This document shows positions 1-30,064 of a DNA stretch of 64,000 nucleotides, piece by piece; the first letter of the stretch is position 1, and every line of letters begins with the position of its first letter. Under the pieces are notes generated by a model. It saw only the letters and a list, made by a program, of their open reading frames with translations, made no database searches and had not been told where the DNA came from. Source of the DNA: Chrysomallon squamiferum (taxonomy: Eukaryota > Animalia > Mollusca). The stretch covers positions 21,018,001 through 21,082,000 of the forward strand of contig CM022667.1 in the NCBI GenBank assembly GCA_012295275.1, in the 5' to 3' direction. The position numbers and the translations under genes were made by a program.

Positions 1-434
1 GGCATTCATCTTGCTGATCTGTTTCCTCCACTGCCACATAAATTTGACAGAAAAGATGATAAGCTATAGTAGTTCATCCAGTTCACTCAAAGTAAGCATG
101 AAGCAACTCCAGTTACTCTTGGAATAATGGTGTTATTGACTGCCAATGCAGTTTAAACTGTGCATTTTTTCTACAACATCAATTTTATTTGCAAACATAG
201 ATTACAAAATTAAAACATATGTCATGATTTTTCATGAAATTTGACCTGTATCCACCTATTTAAACAACTTTCCAGTACTTCATTTTTAAAATTATCTATT
301 TCAATACTTTTAATGTTTTTAAGGAATAGTACAAACCCTTTAAATTTTCAAAGAACTCTATTTATATAATCCAATTTACATATATACTAAATAAAAAAAA
401 TCAAACAGCTATCATGCATTCATATTTTAGTTAC

Positions 435-1907
435 CTTGTTACTACCTGAAGCAGCATCTCCATCTGATGAACCAGCCAGAATTACATCAACTTCTCGTCC
501 AAACACACTGAAGCTGTTCTGATTATCATTGCCTTGAAGAAGACTAAGCCAAAAAAATAGTTTTAGACTTTTTAATTTTATACTTAAAAAGAGGACTTTC
601 TATTATATTACACAAAACAAAATTAGTTTTTTTATAGCATTTTTGTAATTATAAATATAGTTAATTTTTTACACCAAATAACGAAGTAACAATAAGCAGT
701 ACTGATGAGTACAAATTCAACAAGAAAACAAGTTTTTAGAACTTCAGTAATTAATATTGTCCCAAAATAAACATGCTTACATTTTCTGTTTTGGACATGA
801 ACTATATATTGTTCTCATTAACTGACTCAAGGTTTGTCCATGTGTTCCTTCTCTGGATATCTGCCCTTCACTGAAACAGAAACTACACTAATTAACAAAG
901 GTAATTTCAAATTAGTCAACTTTAAACTAAACTAAACTAAAATAAATAAAAATAAAATTAACTATTTAATAAAAAGTGTTATTGAAAAAGGTTCATTGTA
1001 ATGTAAAACAACAACTTCTGTAATATATTAACCATCTAACTGATAAAGAAATGTGTTAATATATCTTTTTTAGTTTATAAGCATATTAATGAGTCATTCA
1101 GTGTCAGAATGTATTAAAAAAAAAAAAAAAAAAAAATCATATATTTTATCTTGAAACATTAACTCTTTTTGTATGTTACAAAAAGAAAAATTCACAACAA
1201 AAGTTATATTTCTATCTTTATTCTAACATTATGGCCAATAACATTTTAAAAAATTTTGGTTAAGAGACATTAAAAAAAATTTGGAGAAAAAATCATGATT
1301 TTTGGCAGCTCATGTTTTTTGTTTGTTTTTTAAAAATCCCCATCAAAACAACCTCAAATGATTTAGTGTTTAATTTGTACAAATCTGACTATGGAATATA
1401 TCTAAACTGGAAGTGAAATACTATTGAAACATGGGACATCCAATGACAGCATCATAATAAAATATCACTGACAGTGATTAAAGTCAGCAAAAAGCTAGCA
1501 TTTTTTTCTTCCATTTAATCCTTTTTTTTGAAAACACTAGGACAAGAACAATTAAATGTCCAATATAACTATGGTTATAGAGATTTATATGTTTCATGAA
1601 AACATTTCAGCTAGTTTCAATCTGCTTTAATTTTTTGTAAATTATCTTGTTGCATTAATTTCTTGCTTGTTAATCTGAAATGGAAAATGCCAGTTTATTT
1701 GTTCATAGATATAAGCCATATGATACAAACATATGAAATAATTATTAATAGAAATGAATTAAGATTTTTTAGTGTATTAACTAAACTTTCAAATTGACTT
1801 AATTTTAATTCCTTATTTTACTGTATAAATGCTTAATAGGAAGCCTTCAAAATATCTCAGTAGTACTTTTTATTTCTTGCTGATTTTTTTTTTTAGTATG
1901 ACACAAT

Positions 1908-1999
<92 letters not shown>

Positions 2000-4305
2000 G
2001 ATATATATAGTTTTAACAGGAGTTAGCAGAAATAACTTGCAAAATAATCATAATTATAAATAAACAAAAAATAAAGTCCCTCTTGTTACTAGTGTTTAAC
2101 ATGTTTTTGTTTAGATGCAAAGCAAAAATAATTATTATTTTCACATTTTTTCCAAATTAATACTGTGAAAGACATATTCTTTTGTGAAGCAGCCTAATCA
2201 AATAATTAATTTATTAGTAAGATAAAAGTAAAGTAATATTCAGTAAATGTGGGATTATTTAAACCATGGTCAATTCTCATCATTTCTTTACAGCAAGATC
2301 TCTGAGTTTTCAAGCATGATCACTAATATTGTTAACATTTTCTACAACAACAAAAGAATTGGAAAAAATAATCTGTTTTAATTTTATAAAGTAAGCTAAG
2401 TATAAAATTCACATACTAATATTACATAAGTAAAATAAGATATGTCAGAATTAGTTTTATATCCTATCTTTAATTACTATGCTCTCATTAGATATTTCAT
2501 ATTTTAATAGGATTCCATTTGCATTTGATGGAGTCACAAAACTTCAGTCTAATTTGTACAGAGTAAAATTAAATCTTTAGGGCTTATTTTGACTGGAATT
2601 AAAATACAAACAAAGGTCAAGGTAGAAGAAAAAACATGCTGTGTCATCTTCTGTGCACATTACACTGGATTCTAACAATTTTGTTTTTGGTGCTCATCTA
2701 ATTTCTGTTCTTATTGAATGTGAAGTATGAAATACTCTTAAAGTAAATGGATGCACAGTTAATGCTCTAGACCATAGGTTTTGAACCTGGAGATTGTGAC
2801 CCCCAGAGGGGTTGTCAACCTTTTTTCTGGGGGTCACGAGATCGTTCTTGAGTGAGGTTGTGTTGTAACTTTTTTCAGTTTAATGTGGAAGGAGGAATAA
2901 ATAAAAACATATAGGTAGGTTTGGGACCCATCACAGTGAATTTAGATTCCTTTTGTACTGTCTTTGGTTGATGAAAATATGTTAACCCTAGATATTATTG
3001 AATCAAAAAGGAGTGTCATCGATCATACTGAGTTGCTCATAAGGGGTCACGTTATGTAAAAAGATTGAAAACCAGTGCTCTAGACAGTTATACATATCCA
3101 ATTTACATAATAATAATTTAAAATGATCACTGAAATTAATACAATTTTATTCATGAATAAAAATAAAATTTACCCTTCACCAGTTTCGTTAACTCCAAAA
3201 CACACTGATCCTGAAAATAAGAAGGAAATTAAAAAAACAACAATCCAAGAATTGCATAGTCATACTATTCACATAATCTAAAGAGTAAAGGTAACTGATT
3301 TCATGAAAATACAGTTAAAACTTAAAAGATATATTATTTCATAGGACACCTATTGTAAATGGTACATAAAAAGTTAAGTGCTCATAAAAAAAGAGAAAAA
3401 CACCATTATTTATAAATTTTACAACAAATACTTAAGTGATGAATATTTATCAAAAATTAATTTATTTTAATTAGGTGATTAGGTTTCTGTATTAACATAG
3501 GTACGTAAAAAAAACCTCCATTCTGCAAAAATCTGTGAATATTTTCTGGCTTTCAAGTCATTTGTGATCTTTGGAATCAACAAGTTTACAAAGCATTTCT
3601 TTTTTAACACAGAATGACAGTACAAAATTATATCTTCAGTCATGAGGGCCTATCCGAGATCCCTAATTGTTGTGGATCATCCATTTAAGTATTTTCCAGA
3701 ATAAAACCATTTACTGAATGCAAAATGTTGGCACCTGCTGATTTAGATATGTGTGAAAAATATAAATCTACAAGATAATGGTAGCACTTTTTCCTTCACG
3801 TTTGTGTTAAAAAACAGCACATTATATATATATCAATGATCATTATATGACTATAATTAAAATAAAGAAATCATTACTTTTCAATAAATTTCAATAACTG
3901 ACCAGCCATAGATACCGTAGTATCATTTTAAAGGTCTTTTATATATATATATATATGAATGATAAGAAAATCAGATAACTTAATTTTTGTTTCTAACATA
4001 ACTAATACGTAATACTAATAATTAATACTGATTAAACTGATGGATACAAAATCATACATCAGTACATGCGCAACATAGTATTCCATCCGAAATTAAGTTT
4101 CACTTTACTCTTAACTTTATATCTGATGCCAGTGCATATAAACGTAACCATGCATGATCTAATATCTCACAAAATAATTATCAATTTAAGTAAGTATTGT
4201 TGTGGTACCTGAGTCCGACGACCTTTCGAGTTCATTCAAGGCCTTCAAGAATTGACTCGTATCGGTGCTATTCAAAGACGTCGGACCGCTATCCTTATCG
4301 TCCAT
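435..4305 (-). CDS. EDC4: Enhancer of mRNA-decapping protein 4 (Ge-1/Hedls), 5' part; the gene continues off the left edge
   Basis: Phase-consistent GT-AG exons 4209-4305, 3174-3210, 781-870, 435-543 give MDDKDSGPTSLNSTDTSQFLKALNELERSSDSGSVCFGVNETGEGEGQISREGTHGQTLSQLMRTIYSSCPKQKILLQGNDNQNSFSVFGREVDVILAGSSDGDAASGSNK. The last ~40 aa match the segment just before the WD40 region of vertebrate EDC4 as recalled (QVICLSGDD...AKEVEIVASSD...GSNK). Confidence 0.8.
1909..1996. repeat. (CT)n microsatellite in EDC4 intron
   Basis: About 88 bp of perfect CT dinucleotide; it produces the spurious SLSL ORF at 1829-2026. Confidence 0.97.
2773..3077. mobile_element. hAT (Charlie/Buster-type) MITE, ~305 bp, in EDC4 intron 2
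   Basis: Exact 8-bp target duplication CTCTAGAC at 2765-2772 and 3078-3085. Imperfect TIRs CATAGGTTTTGAACCT and (reverse complement) CACTGGTTTTCAATCT. NTCTAGAN is the known target preference of the Buster subfamily. Confidence 0.88.
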
Positions 4306-4449
4306 TCTGATAATTCCTTCAGCTTTATTTTGACAGACAACCTGATATAACGTGAGTTTATGTTATTAAAATTTTAAACAAATACAATTTAGCTTTAAAT
4401 ATATTTGATAGAAAACCGACTTTCTAGCTTGTGGGTTTTTACGTCTATT

Positions 4450-4490
4450 CCAAATATGGCGGTTTTCGACAAGATCTCGCACCTGCGGTA
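4450..4490. promoter_or_regulatory. EDC4 proximal promoter with a YY1-like motif and a 12-bp GC-rich motif
   Basis: Locally CpG-rich, 150-180 bp upstream of the EDC4 ATG. CAAATATGGCGG resembles the YY1 site; TCGCACCTGCGG lies at 4477-4488. Confidence 0.45.
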
Positions 4491-4697
4491 ATTATTTACG
4501 TATTTGTTTTAACGTGATTTGGTTAAATTTGTTATGGTTTCTCTTGTTTTTGTTGTTGTCATCGCTGATATTAATATAATAATGAATAACAAAAATAGTA
4601 GTAATAATAATAATTATTATTATTATTATAGACAATAGATAAAATTCTAATCGGGATATTCCGTCAGTTCTCGTTCGTTCAATTTTCAATACGCATA

Positions 4698-4975
4698 TAG
4701 AGTGGTACCTGTCTTTAGTGGCCCTGAGATGAACGGCCACCTAATATGTGCGGCCACTTTCCGAGTGCCGGTTGTTTTTCATCGGATATATCGGTTAGAT
4801 AATTATTCCACTGCCAAAGCGGACAATCATACTGATTTGGATTTGTTTTCGCCATATACGACACGCACGACGATTTATATTTGTTGCGGATGCTAGTGTG
4901 GTGCATGTGAATAAAGACTGTAAATTTGTTTTTGTTTGGCCCTACAAGCGTCCCTACAATAAAGGTACCACCCTG
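4698..4975. mobile_element. Tc1/mariner superfamily (pogo/Tigger-like) MITE, ~278 bp
   Basis: TA on both flanks (4696-4697, 4976-4977). TIRs TAGAGTGGTACCT and (reverse complement) CAGGGTGGTACCT. Internal GGCCAC repeats; GC-richer than its surroundings. Confidence 0.65.
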
Positions 4976-6091
4976 TATTAAGTTAAAAAAAAAAAAAAAA
5001 TAAATAACGTGGTCGGGAGCGGTATTTATTTGTATACTTAGTTAGTACATGTATGTCAGATTTGTGTGAGATTGTTGAAGGACCAGACCAATTCTATGCA
5101 TAACTGGAGTCTGAGCATTTTTTTTTTTTTTTTTTTTTTTTCTTTTATAATTCGTCTTTGGATTTTGGTGTAAATCTCTTTTGTGCACCTTCCCACTGAT
5201 AAGAAATCACATACCAAACCTTTTATAATCTATTCCTAAGCGTTGGATAAACAGGAAATAGCACAGTGGGACTATATTTTGACTTGAAATTCAATCATTA
5301 TGTTACTGTATATTTAAAAATAATGAGTAAATTACTTTTAAAAGATTGACAAAAATATTTATAATTATTAAAAAATAATCAATTTATATAACAAATAACA
5401 CATTTAAAATTTGTATTCTAGAAATCCATTTATTGGGAATAAGCAAACAGATTAATATTAAATACATTTTTAACAAATGCTAATCTCAAAGACAAAATAA
5501 ACTAAAATAATAAATGATTTTCAAAAAGAATCTTTTAACAATGTGTATCAATAACAAAATCATGAATTATTTTCTTTAAATAACTTGAGAAATGTATTAA
5601 TACATAATAAGAAATACATTGTCTCATATTGTTATTTTGTTCTTTATTATTGTTTAAAATTGTTTATGTTCATACTGAAATAGATAAAATTAATATTTCA
5701 ACTATTATCATTTCTATTGTGAATTTAACTTCTATATCATGACTTGCTTTAATAAATAACAAACCAAATAAACAAACATTTATAAAAGAAAAAAGAATTT
5801 AGATTATATTCCACAAAGCTAAACAAAACTAAGAGTAAGAGTATGAATATAATTTTTTTCTTCTTCTTTTTGGGGCTGGAATGTATAAACTACAAATCTT
5901 AACAGTAATTAGCTTTTTGTCATAAATACATTAAAATACATAGATAATGTAAATTGGATATAACTGTCTGTTTAAATGTCTCAGATTATATAATGTCTAA
6001 CTGAAAGTTTACCCAAGTATACCAAAATAAATATAAGCAGTTATATAATGAAGAAAAACATCAATAAACAACACAAGGTAATATCTGAGAG

Positions 6092-6122
<31 letters not shown>

Positions 6123-7464
6123 GAAAACAAAATAAAAGTATGAAGTTATAAAGGAATAACTGACCTGAGAAAAAGTGTTTGCTTTTAAAAAAAAGTAAAA
6201 AACAATTCACGATTCTATGTATTCTACTATAGTAAGAAAAATGTTTGACTTAACTTTAATAAGTGTTCTTTCAGTTTTCAATGTTAACTTATTTCTATAA
6301 AACTAAAACTGTCTTAAGTTAGCAGAGTTGCAATGAAGATGCAAGTAAACATGTATCTCAAGATATTAATATTTCTTATATTAAATTATCCTTAGCAGAA
6401 TGATAACATGAGTATGAATTCAAAACAAATTTTTACTTGTTTCCAAATATGTTTGAATTAAACATTTATTTTTCTTTAAAAAAAAAAAAACAATATAAAA
6501 ATAAGGAAGAAAATAATACAAGTAAAAGCTGAATTAATTCTTATTATAACCTACTTGAAATACAAACAAATTACTAAAGATAGAAAAAACATCCCAAACT
6601 TTCATTTTGATCAGAAATATTAAAGTACATGTATTTGTTCTTTAGTTGGGAGGAAATATAATACAATGAATCCAGCCAGTGTTAGCACCAGTGTTATATG
6701 TATGTGTTCAGTTTTTATGACCCGAATAACCAGTGTGGAATGATAATGTTGCACCATTTTAAAAAACCCATAGTAATAGTATGTAAAGAACACATACTGA
6801 GATAAAGTATTTTTGAGCAAAGTAAATCTAACCACATTGAAAGCTTTTTGAAAAAATACATTTCTTCACCCATAAAACAGATTTAAAGTGTTAAAATACT
6901 TAAATAATAAATATTTAAATGTGGAAAATTAGATTTTTAAATCATTGGTATTCCAATTTACATGATGCAGCATAATTACAAAATTAATTATATTTGTAAA
7001 CTATTAAGTAAAGGATTATTAGTGTTTACAATACTATTAATTTTTCTTCTCTTGCATACTAATTCTACTGACACTCATAGAACTATATTCATAAGGAATC
7101 AAAAATGAAAATAAAAGTACCAGTATATGTATTTATGATTTTAAATTTTAAAGAGAAAACTTTTTAAAACTGCATGTAATAATACTAGGATACATTACCA
7201 GCGTGACTTACAGTGATTTTAGCAGTTTTCAGTAGTACCTACTAATTAAGAACACTTTTGTGTAAAATTACATCATTTTATCATTACAAATGAGAAATTT
7301 ACCATATTATTCATATCTAATAAAAAATATGAAAAGTTTTCTTCTTAGTAACTATTACATACTTTCATTTATCCATATCAGCAGTGTAATTTTCTTTGTT
7401 TTGTGATTTTGCATAATCAGCTTATAAGAGAAGTATGATCTTGAATGACAACATTTTTAGTTGG

Positions 7465-25194
<17,730 letters not shown>

Positions 25195-25249
25195 AGTAAT
25201 AGTTGTGTTTATTGCTAATTGTATACGTTTACTATCCGCATCTATCTGG

Positions 25250-25345
25250 CCGACTCAACTTGCGTGGCTCTTTGACCTTGACATTCGAGGCCGTAAATGA
25301 CCTTCAAGTAAAACGATTGGCTGGCAACAATCCGCAATCAAAGCT
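25250..25345 (-). promoter_or_regulatory. AGXT2 promoter with two extended nuclear-receptor half-sites
   Basis: TGACCTTGA (25273-25281, the reverse complement of TCAAGGTCA) and TGACCTTCA (25298-25306) lie 80-110 bp upstream of the ATG. ATTGG (CCAAT box) at ~25316. Confidence 0.45.
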
Positions 25346-25574
25346 GTAACCAATAACTATTGCTATTTGCAACATAACTGCTCAATGAACTTGCTAAAAA
25401 TAGTTACCGTTATCGTGGAATATCCCCAACACGCTTATACACAAATACGTATTAACGGCGGCCTAAAAGTACTTTCTCAAATCAACCTTCAGCACCATGG
25501 CACGGCAGGACATTGACATAAGCAGACAAACCTATGATAGATATTATATACAGCTTGAGCGCAATCATAAAGGC

Positions 25575-25575
<1 letters not shown>

Positions 25576-25622
<47 letters not shown>
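25576..25622. repeat. (AAT)n microsatellite
   Basis: Seen directly; source of the poly-I, poly-Y and poly-L ORFs. Confidence 0.95.
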
Positions 25623-25623
<1 letters not shown>

Positions 25624-25909
25624 GAATAAATAAATAAAAAGGAAAGAAAGAAAGAATGAAAAAGAAGTAGAAAACAAATATTACAATAAAAAACAGCAAT
25701 AATTTTACTAAATATGTTACCAACAATTTTACTAAATATGTTATCCAAACATTCAGTTTAAACAGTAACGAAATAATAAATTTGTAGAGATTTAGTTTGG
25801 ATTCATAAACTTTTATTTCGTGTGTAATGATAGAATAAATCATGTCAGCTTTCTGATTTTCTGACTTATTATGGCTTTTGTAATCACGTTGTCGTCCGTG
25901 GCGTCGCTA

Positions 25910-26260
25910 GAAGGAAACATGACTCGCCGCCAGATTCCCAAGTCCCACCTCTGTACATTTGTGCACCCAGCGAGCATGTAAATGTCGAAGTCGGTTCCAA
26001 ATGGTTTGTGAAGACACCGTTCTCATGATATGCGTTCAGCAGTGTCCTTTACTACAGAGTGCGGAGACGCAAGTGCAGAACTCGGATGTTGCTATCTTAT
26101 GCTGCAGTTGTTATGCGAGGTCTTCCATTTCTGGCAGGTCCTCAGCTGACTGAAACTACAGGTATCCAGTCCCACAAATCTGAAATGCTGCTCTAATGGA
26201 CGTTCATGTGCTGACTGCAATTTCTTGAACTGGAGACACCATATTGCAATGATTCGATTC
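25910..26260 (-). pseudogene. Decayed Tc1-family transposase fragment (N-terminal DNA-binding region)
   Basis: Minus-strand frames give RNGRPRITTAA*DSNIRVLHLR, VSSQTIWNRLRHLHAR and QRWDLGIWRRVMF. These match, in order, the Tc1 GRPR motif, the second HTH (SxxTVRNRLR) and the W..V.FSDE motif, with stops and frameshifts. Confidence 0.75.
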
Positions 26261-26585
26261 GACCAATTTAAGCTTCATCTACGTCGAAATGCATCATTGC
26301 GAGCATGCAGCTTTAAATGCCCATCCGTACCAGTCTTTTCCCCGTGTTTCAAAGCATTCGCAAAAATCATAACATTCCAGCCAAAAATTACCCGTGATGA
26401 TTTATAATGATTTCTTTTGTATTTGTACTAAAAAAGAACAATAATTATTCATCATTAATCGTTGTTCGGCGAAAACCTCAATACAGTGCATCCTTTACAT
26501 TTCTGTCTTGCGCTATGTTTGCCAGATAGTATCTGTTCAGTATCATTCAGTTCATTCCTCCATGGTCTCGATGTCTTCGTCTAGA

Positions 26586-26844
26586 TAGTGGTTCTGACTT
26601 TTTTACTTCCTAGAACCCAATTTATTTAAACATATTTAACCATGCTCCCCAGATTTTGTCTGTTAATTAGGCCAATTTTATTCACTAACAATGAAGTGGT
26701 TTCCAAGCTTCATTTTGAATTAAAGACATATAAAATGTTCAGCCTTATTGCGTATAATTGTAAATTTTACGCAGCAGGCTCTTGAAAAGTTGAATTTAAC
26801 TCAGGGATCCCAGATATCCGCAGACCACAGGTTGGGAACCGCTG
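26586..26844. mobile_element. Degenerate hAT (Charlie-type) MITE
   Basis: Clear right end AGGTTGGGAACCGCTG followed by CCTTAGAC. Degenerate left end TAGTGGTTCTGAC preceded by CGTCTAGA. Confidence 0.5.
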
Positions 26845-29452
26845 CCTTAGACCGTTTCCTTTGTATGGGCTCTAAATAGTGATATACGATGTTTATCACG
26901 TTGAAAGGAGCAGTAGGGGTCTGTGGGGACCAGCTGCGTTACTGTCAAGAAATGTATTACATAATCGATCTTCTAGTCACTGGTCTAAAGGATTGTAGGA
27001 AAGACGGTTAACTGACAGGTCAGTGTATGGTATGCAAAAATATAACGTTTATTAATTGGGTATTAGCACTTTAATTTCGATGAGTAAATTGGAAGAAATT
27101 AGCTTAACTGCTGAATTTTCTGTTTATTGTCAAACTATTTTATTTTCTATTTATTCTCGATCCATTTTATTTGCCAAATTTTATTAAACATCCTGCATAG
27201 GCCTATATTAGTGTTTCTCAGTAGTGGTTCTCTGGGATACTAAAGTTGGTAAAAGATTATTAAGGATCCCGCGAGAAACAGTGATAGATAAGTTAATGAA
27301 TTTTTGAGTAACTTTTGTTTAATTTCATATTCGTAATCTTAATATATACGTACGGCATATTGTTGGAAAATCCTTCGTTATTATAATAAAGGCTTCAACC
27401 TGTTATATTATTTAAAATTATATTAATCGCAGGGAACATATATTTAGCACTGTGAAACCGCCTTTACTGGTCAGTGACAGATTCGTTTATCGTCAAGTGC
27501 CTCGCTCGAATACAGGACACATAAACGGTATCCATCTGTCTTCTTTGTGTTTCCTGGCGTGCAGGTGCATTCACAAACACGATTCAGTAAACTGTACTAA
27601 GGATTTAGTTATGTATGAGGTTTAAACATATTATTTGTTAGAATCCCATTTTATTAGCCGTCGACAGTTCAAATACATATGATTTGATGACAGTCAAAAT
27701 GTAAATGCTTGATCCATTTGTCTTGCGGGTTTATCAGTAATGTCACAGGGATGGTATTATATGAATTCTAAAAGTTTAAGAATATTTTTTATAAGACGTG
27801 AATCAGTTGAAAATTACTATCCTTTCCCGGCTCGGTACAGATAAACTTTTGATCAAAGGAGCATGCAGTATATCTTAATAATAATAAAAAGAAAACATTT
27901 CCTCTGTCTAATACATTGTTTGTTTTTATTTTTATGAAATTGTGCGAATTTTTGTTATTTTATGATGCCATTTCACACACTCACTGAGGATGGCATGCCT
28001 TCCTATGCGTTGCAAAATATTCGTGGTTTCGCTTTTACCCTCCCGCGTTTTCCCCAATCGTACAAGGAGTCTCACAGTTAATCTCACGTGACAGTGCATG
28101 GTCTTCCATTCAAGATGTTTCTTGTTTATGTTTTTTAAATTCAGGAAACAAGTTTTTGAACTGAAAAACCTCTATCTTTCTGCGAGGGGGTGAGGGTAAA
28201 AAACATAATTTGTAAAAAGAGCAATTTCTGTGCTTTCTCATGGACACAGATTATTGTTAATTTTTCACGGCGAAAACGCGGCCCAGCCAAAATGCCGTCC
28301 AATTTTGGTGAGCTGCTAGAGGAATATACGAGCTTGCAAAAACAGGATTTTCTCAAAACGGAAACAAACAACGACTGTAAATACTTTTCTTGTCCACGAT
28401 GGCAAAACGCACACTCACCAATCATTAATCGCCGTGGCCGGGCATTGGCGACAGCAAGCATCACGGCTTTCTCCTAAAATACATTTGATGGATGTAAATA
28501 ACTTATTTCGCACATCATAAAACTCATAATAAGAATAAGGTATTCTCAGGTGAAGAACCAGCGATATCCACCGTCTGAACTGTTCCCTCCAGAGGAGACT
28601 CGGGCCAGGCTACGGCAGACACAACAGCTTCTTTAATGAATTCCTATTGTTTGATTATACAGTTGTATACACAGGGGAATTTTATTTTCATTTGTTTATA
28701 CAAATGTTTGTGAGTTAATAAAGTGTATATGTGGTTGTTATCATTATTAATGTTACTGTTATTGTTGTTGTTGTTGTTATTATTATTAATTAAGTAATTT
28801 ATTTATTTATTTTTAGTGTTTATTGAAGAAATACATGAGAATGATAAACACGAACTGATCACAGAATATATTTTCGAGATTCATTATTCCCAACGACTAA
28901 TGAGGTGATTTCATCAGGTTGTTAACTTTCATAAAAATACTCCCAGTCCAGGATTACTGACAGGTCTTAGCCACTATATAATCAGATGCCTTTACCAGAA
29001 AACTGAACGTGAACAATCCATCCCAAATCAAAGCCTTTGTGAATGCTATTTGATCCATAACATCAAAACAAAACGCCACTACCATCTCTGTGACATCACT
29101 GATACACCCGCAAGAGAAATGGATGAAACATTTTAATATTTTGACTGTCATCAATGAATTTGTATTTGAACTGTTAAACTGACGGCTAATAAAATGAAAT
29201 TCTAACAAATAATAATATGTGTAAATAGAAGAGACGATACTGTTTTAATCATCATCACTTATATAAATGAGAAAAGATGATGATAACAACAGCAACTATT
29301 ACTAAGTACCATAATTATTTTATGAAAACAATTTGTACGTTTATGATTGGCGCCTTTCACGTATGAATGCGTTGTTCTGTTTTAAGCCCCGGGTTTAAAA
29401 GCATCTGTGCCAACTAATTGCAAGGAGGAACTATTATACAAGAAGAAACAAA

Positions 29453-30028
29453 ATGGGATCTAGAAATAGGGAACGTAAATGGGCAATTGACTTTATTACT
29501 GAAAGAAATCATGATAGTTATGACTCTTCCAGATCTTTGGTTTCGTATGTATATTTATAATAATTATTTTGTTAACTTAGTTTAATTAATTTAATTTATG
29601 TATTTTTAAAATGCAAATTTGAATTCAGCCAGTGAGTAAACTGAGTAGTCATGTCGTAAATCACTAAATCACTTAATCAGTAAATGATAATGGTAAAATG
29701 ATATTTATCATAATCATATTAACAATGATATTATTATTGTAGGTAAATCTCGCTAATTTTAATGCAACTAGAACGAAAGAGGCTGATGAAAATTATTATT
29801 AATTTATTATATCAATTATAATTATTATTATCATTAAAATTAATGTGTATAAACTTACAATTCCTTGCTTTCGTTTTTTTTAATTTTTTTTATGAACTTG
29901 AATGTTGCATGTTCTTCTTCACGTTTTCCAACATTTAGTTTTAGAATAGCCAAGGACTAGGAGTAGGAGACGTGTATAATATATATCAAGTGTTATATCT
30001 GTATGCCACTGTTGCATACATACATACA

Positions 30029-30064
<36 letters not shown>

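Noticed and set aside
1829-2026. 65-aa ORF with SLSL repeats
   Set aside because: Translation of a (CT)n microsatellite, antisense within an EDC4 intron.
4492-4906. Three short overlapping ORFs upstream of EDC4
   Set aside because: They lie in an (AAT)-rich tract and a MITE, with no recognisable protein or splice structure.
25482-25843. Poly-Ile, poly-Tyr and poly-Leu ORFs resembling membrane proteins
   Set aside because: Three frames of one (AAT)n tract.
28141-28477. Opposed 107- and 95-aa ORFs in a CpG-rich block
   Set aside because: No recognisable motif or exon partners; probably repeat-derived, but not resolved.
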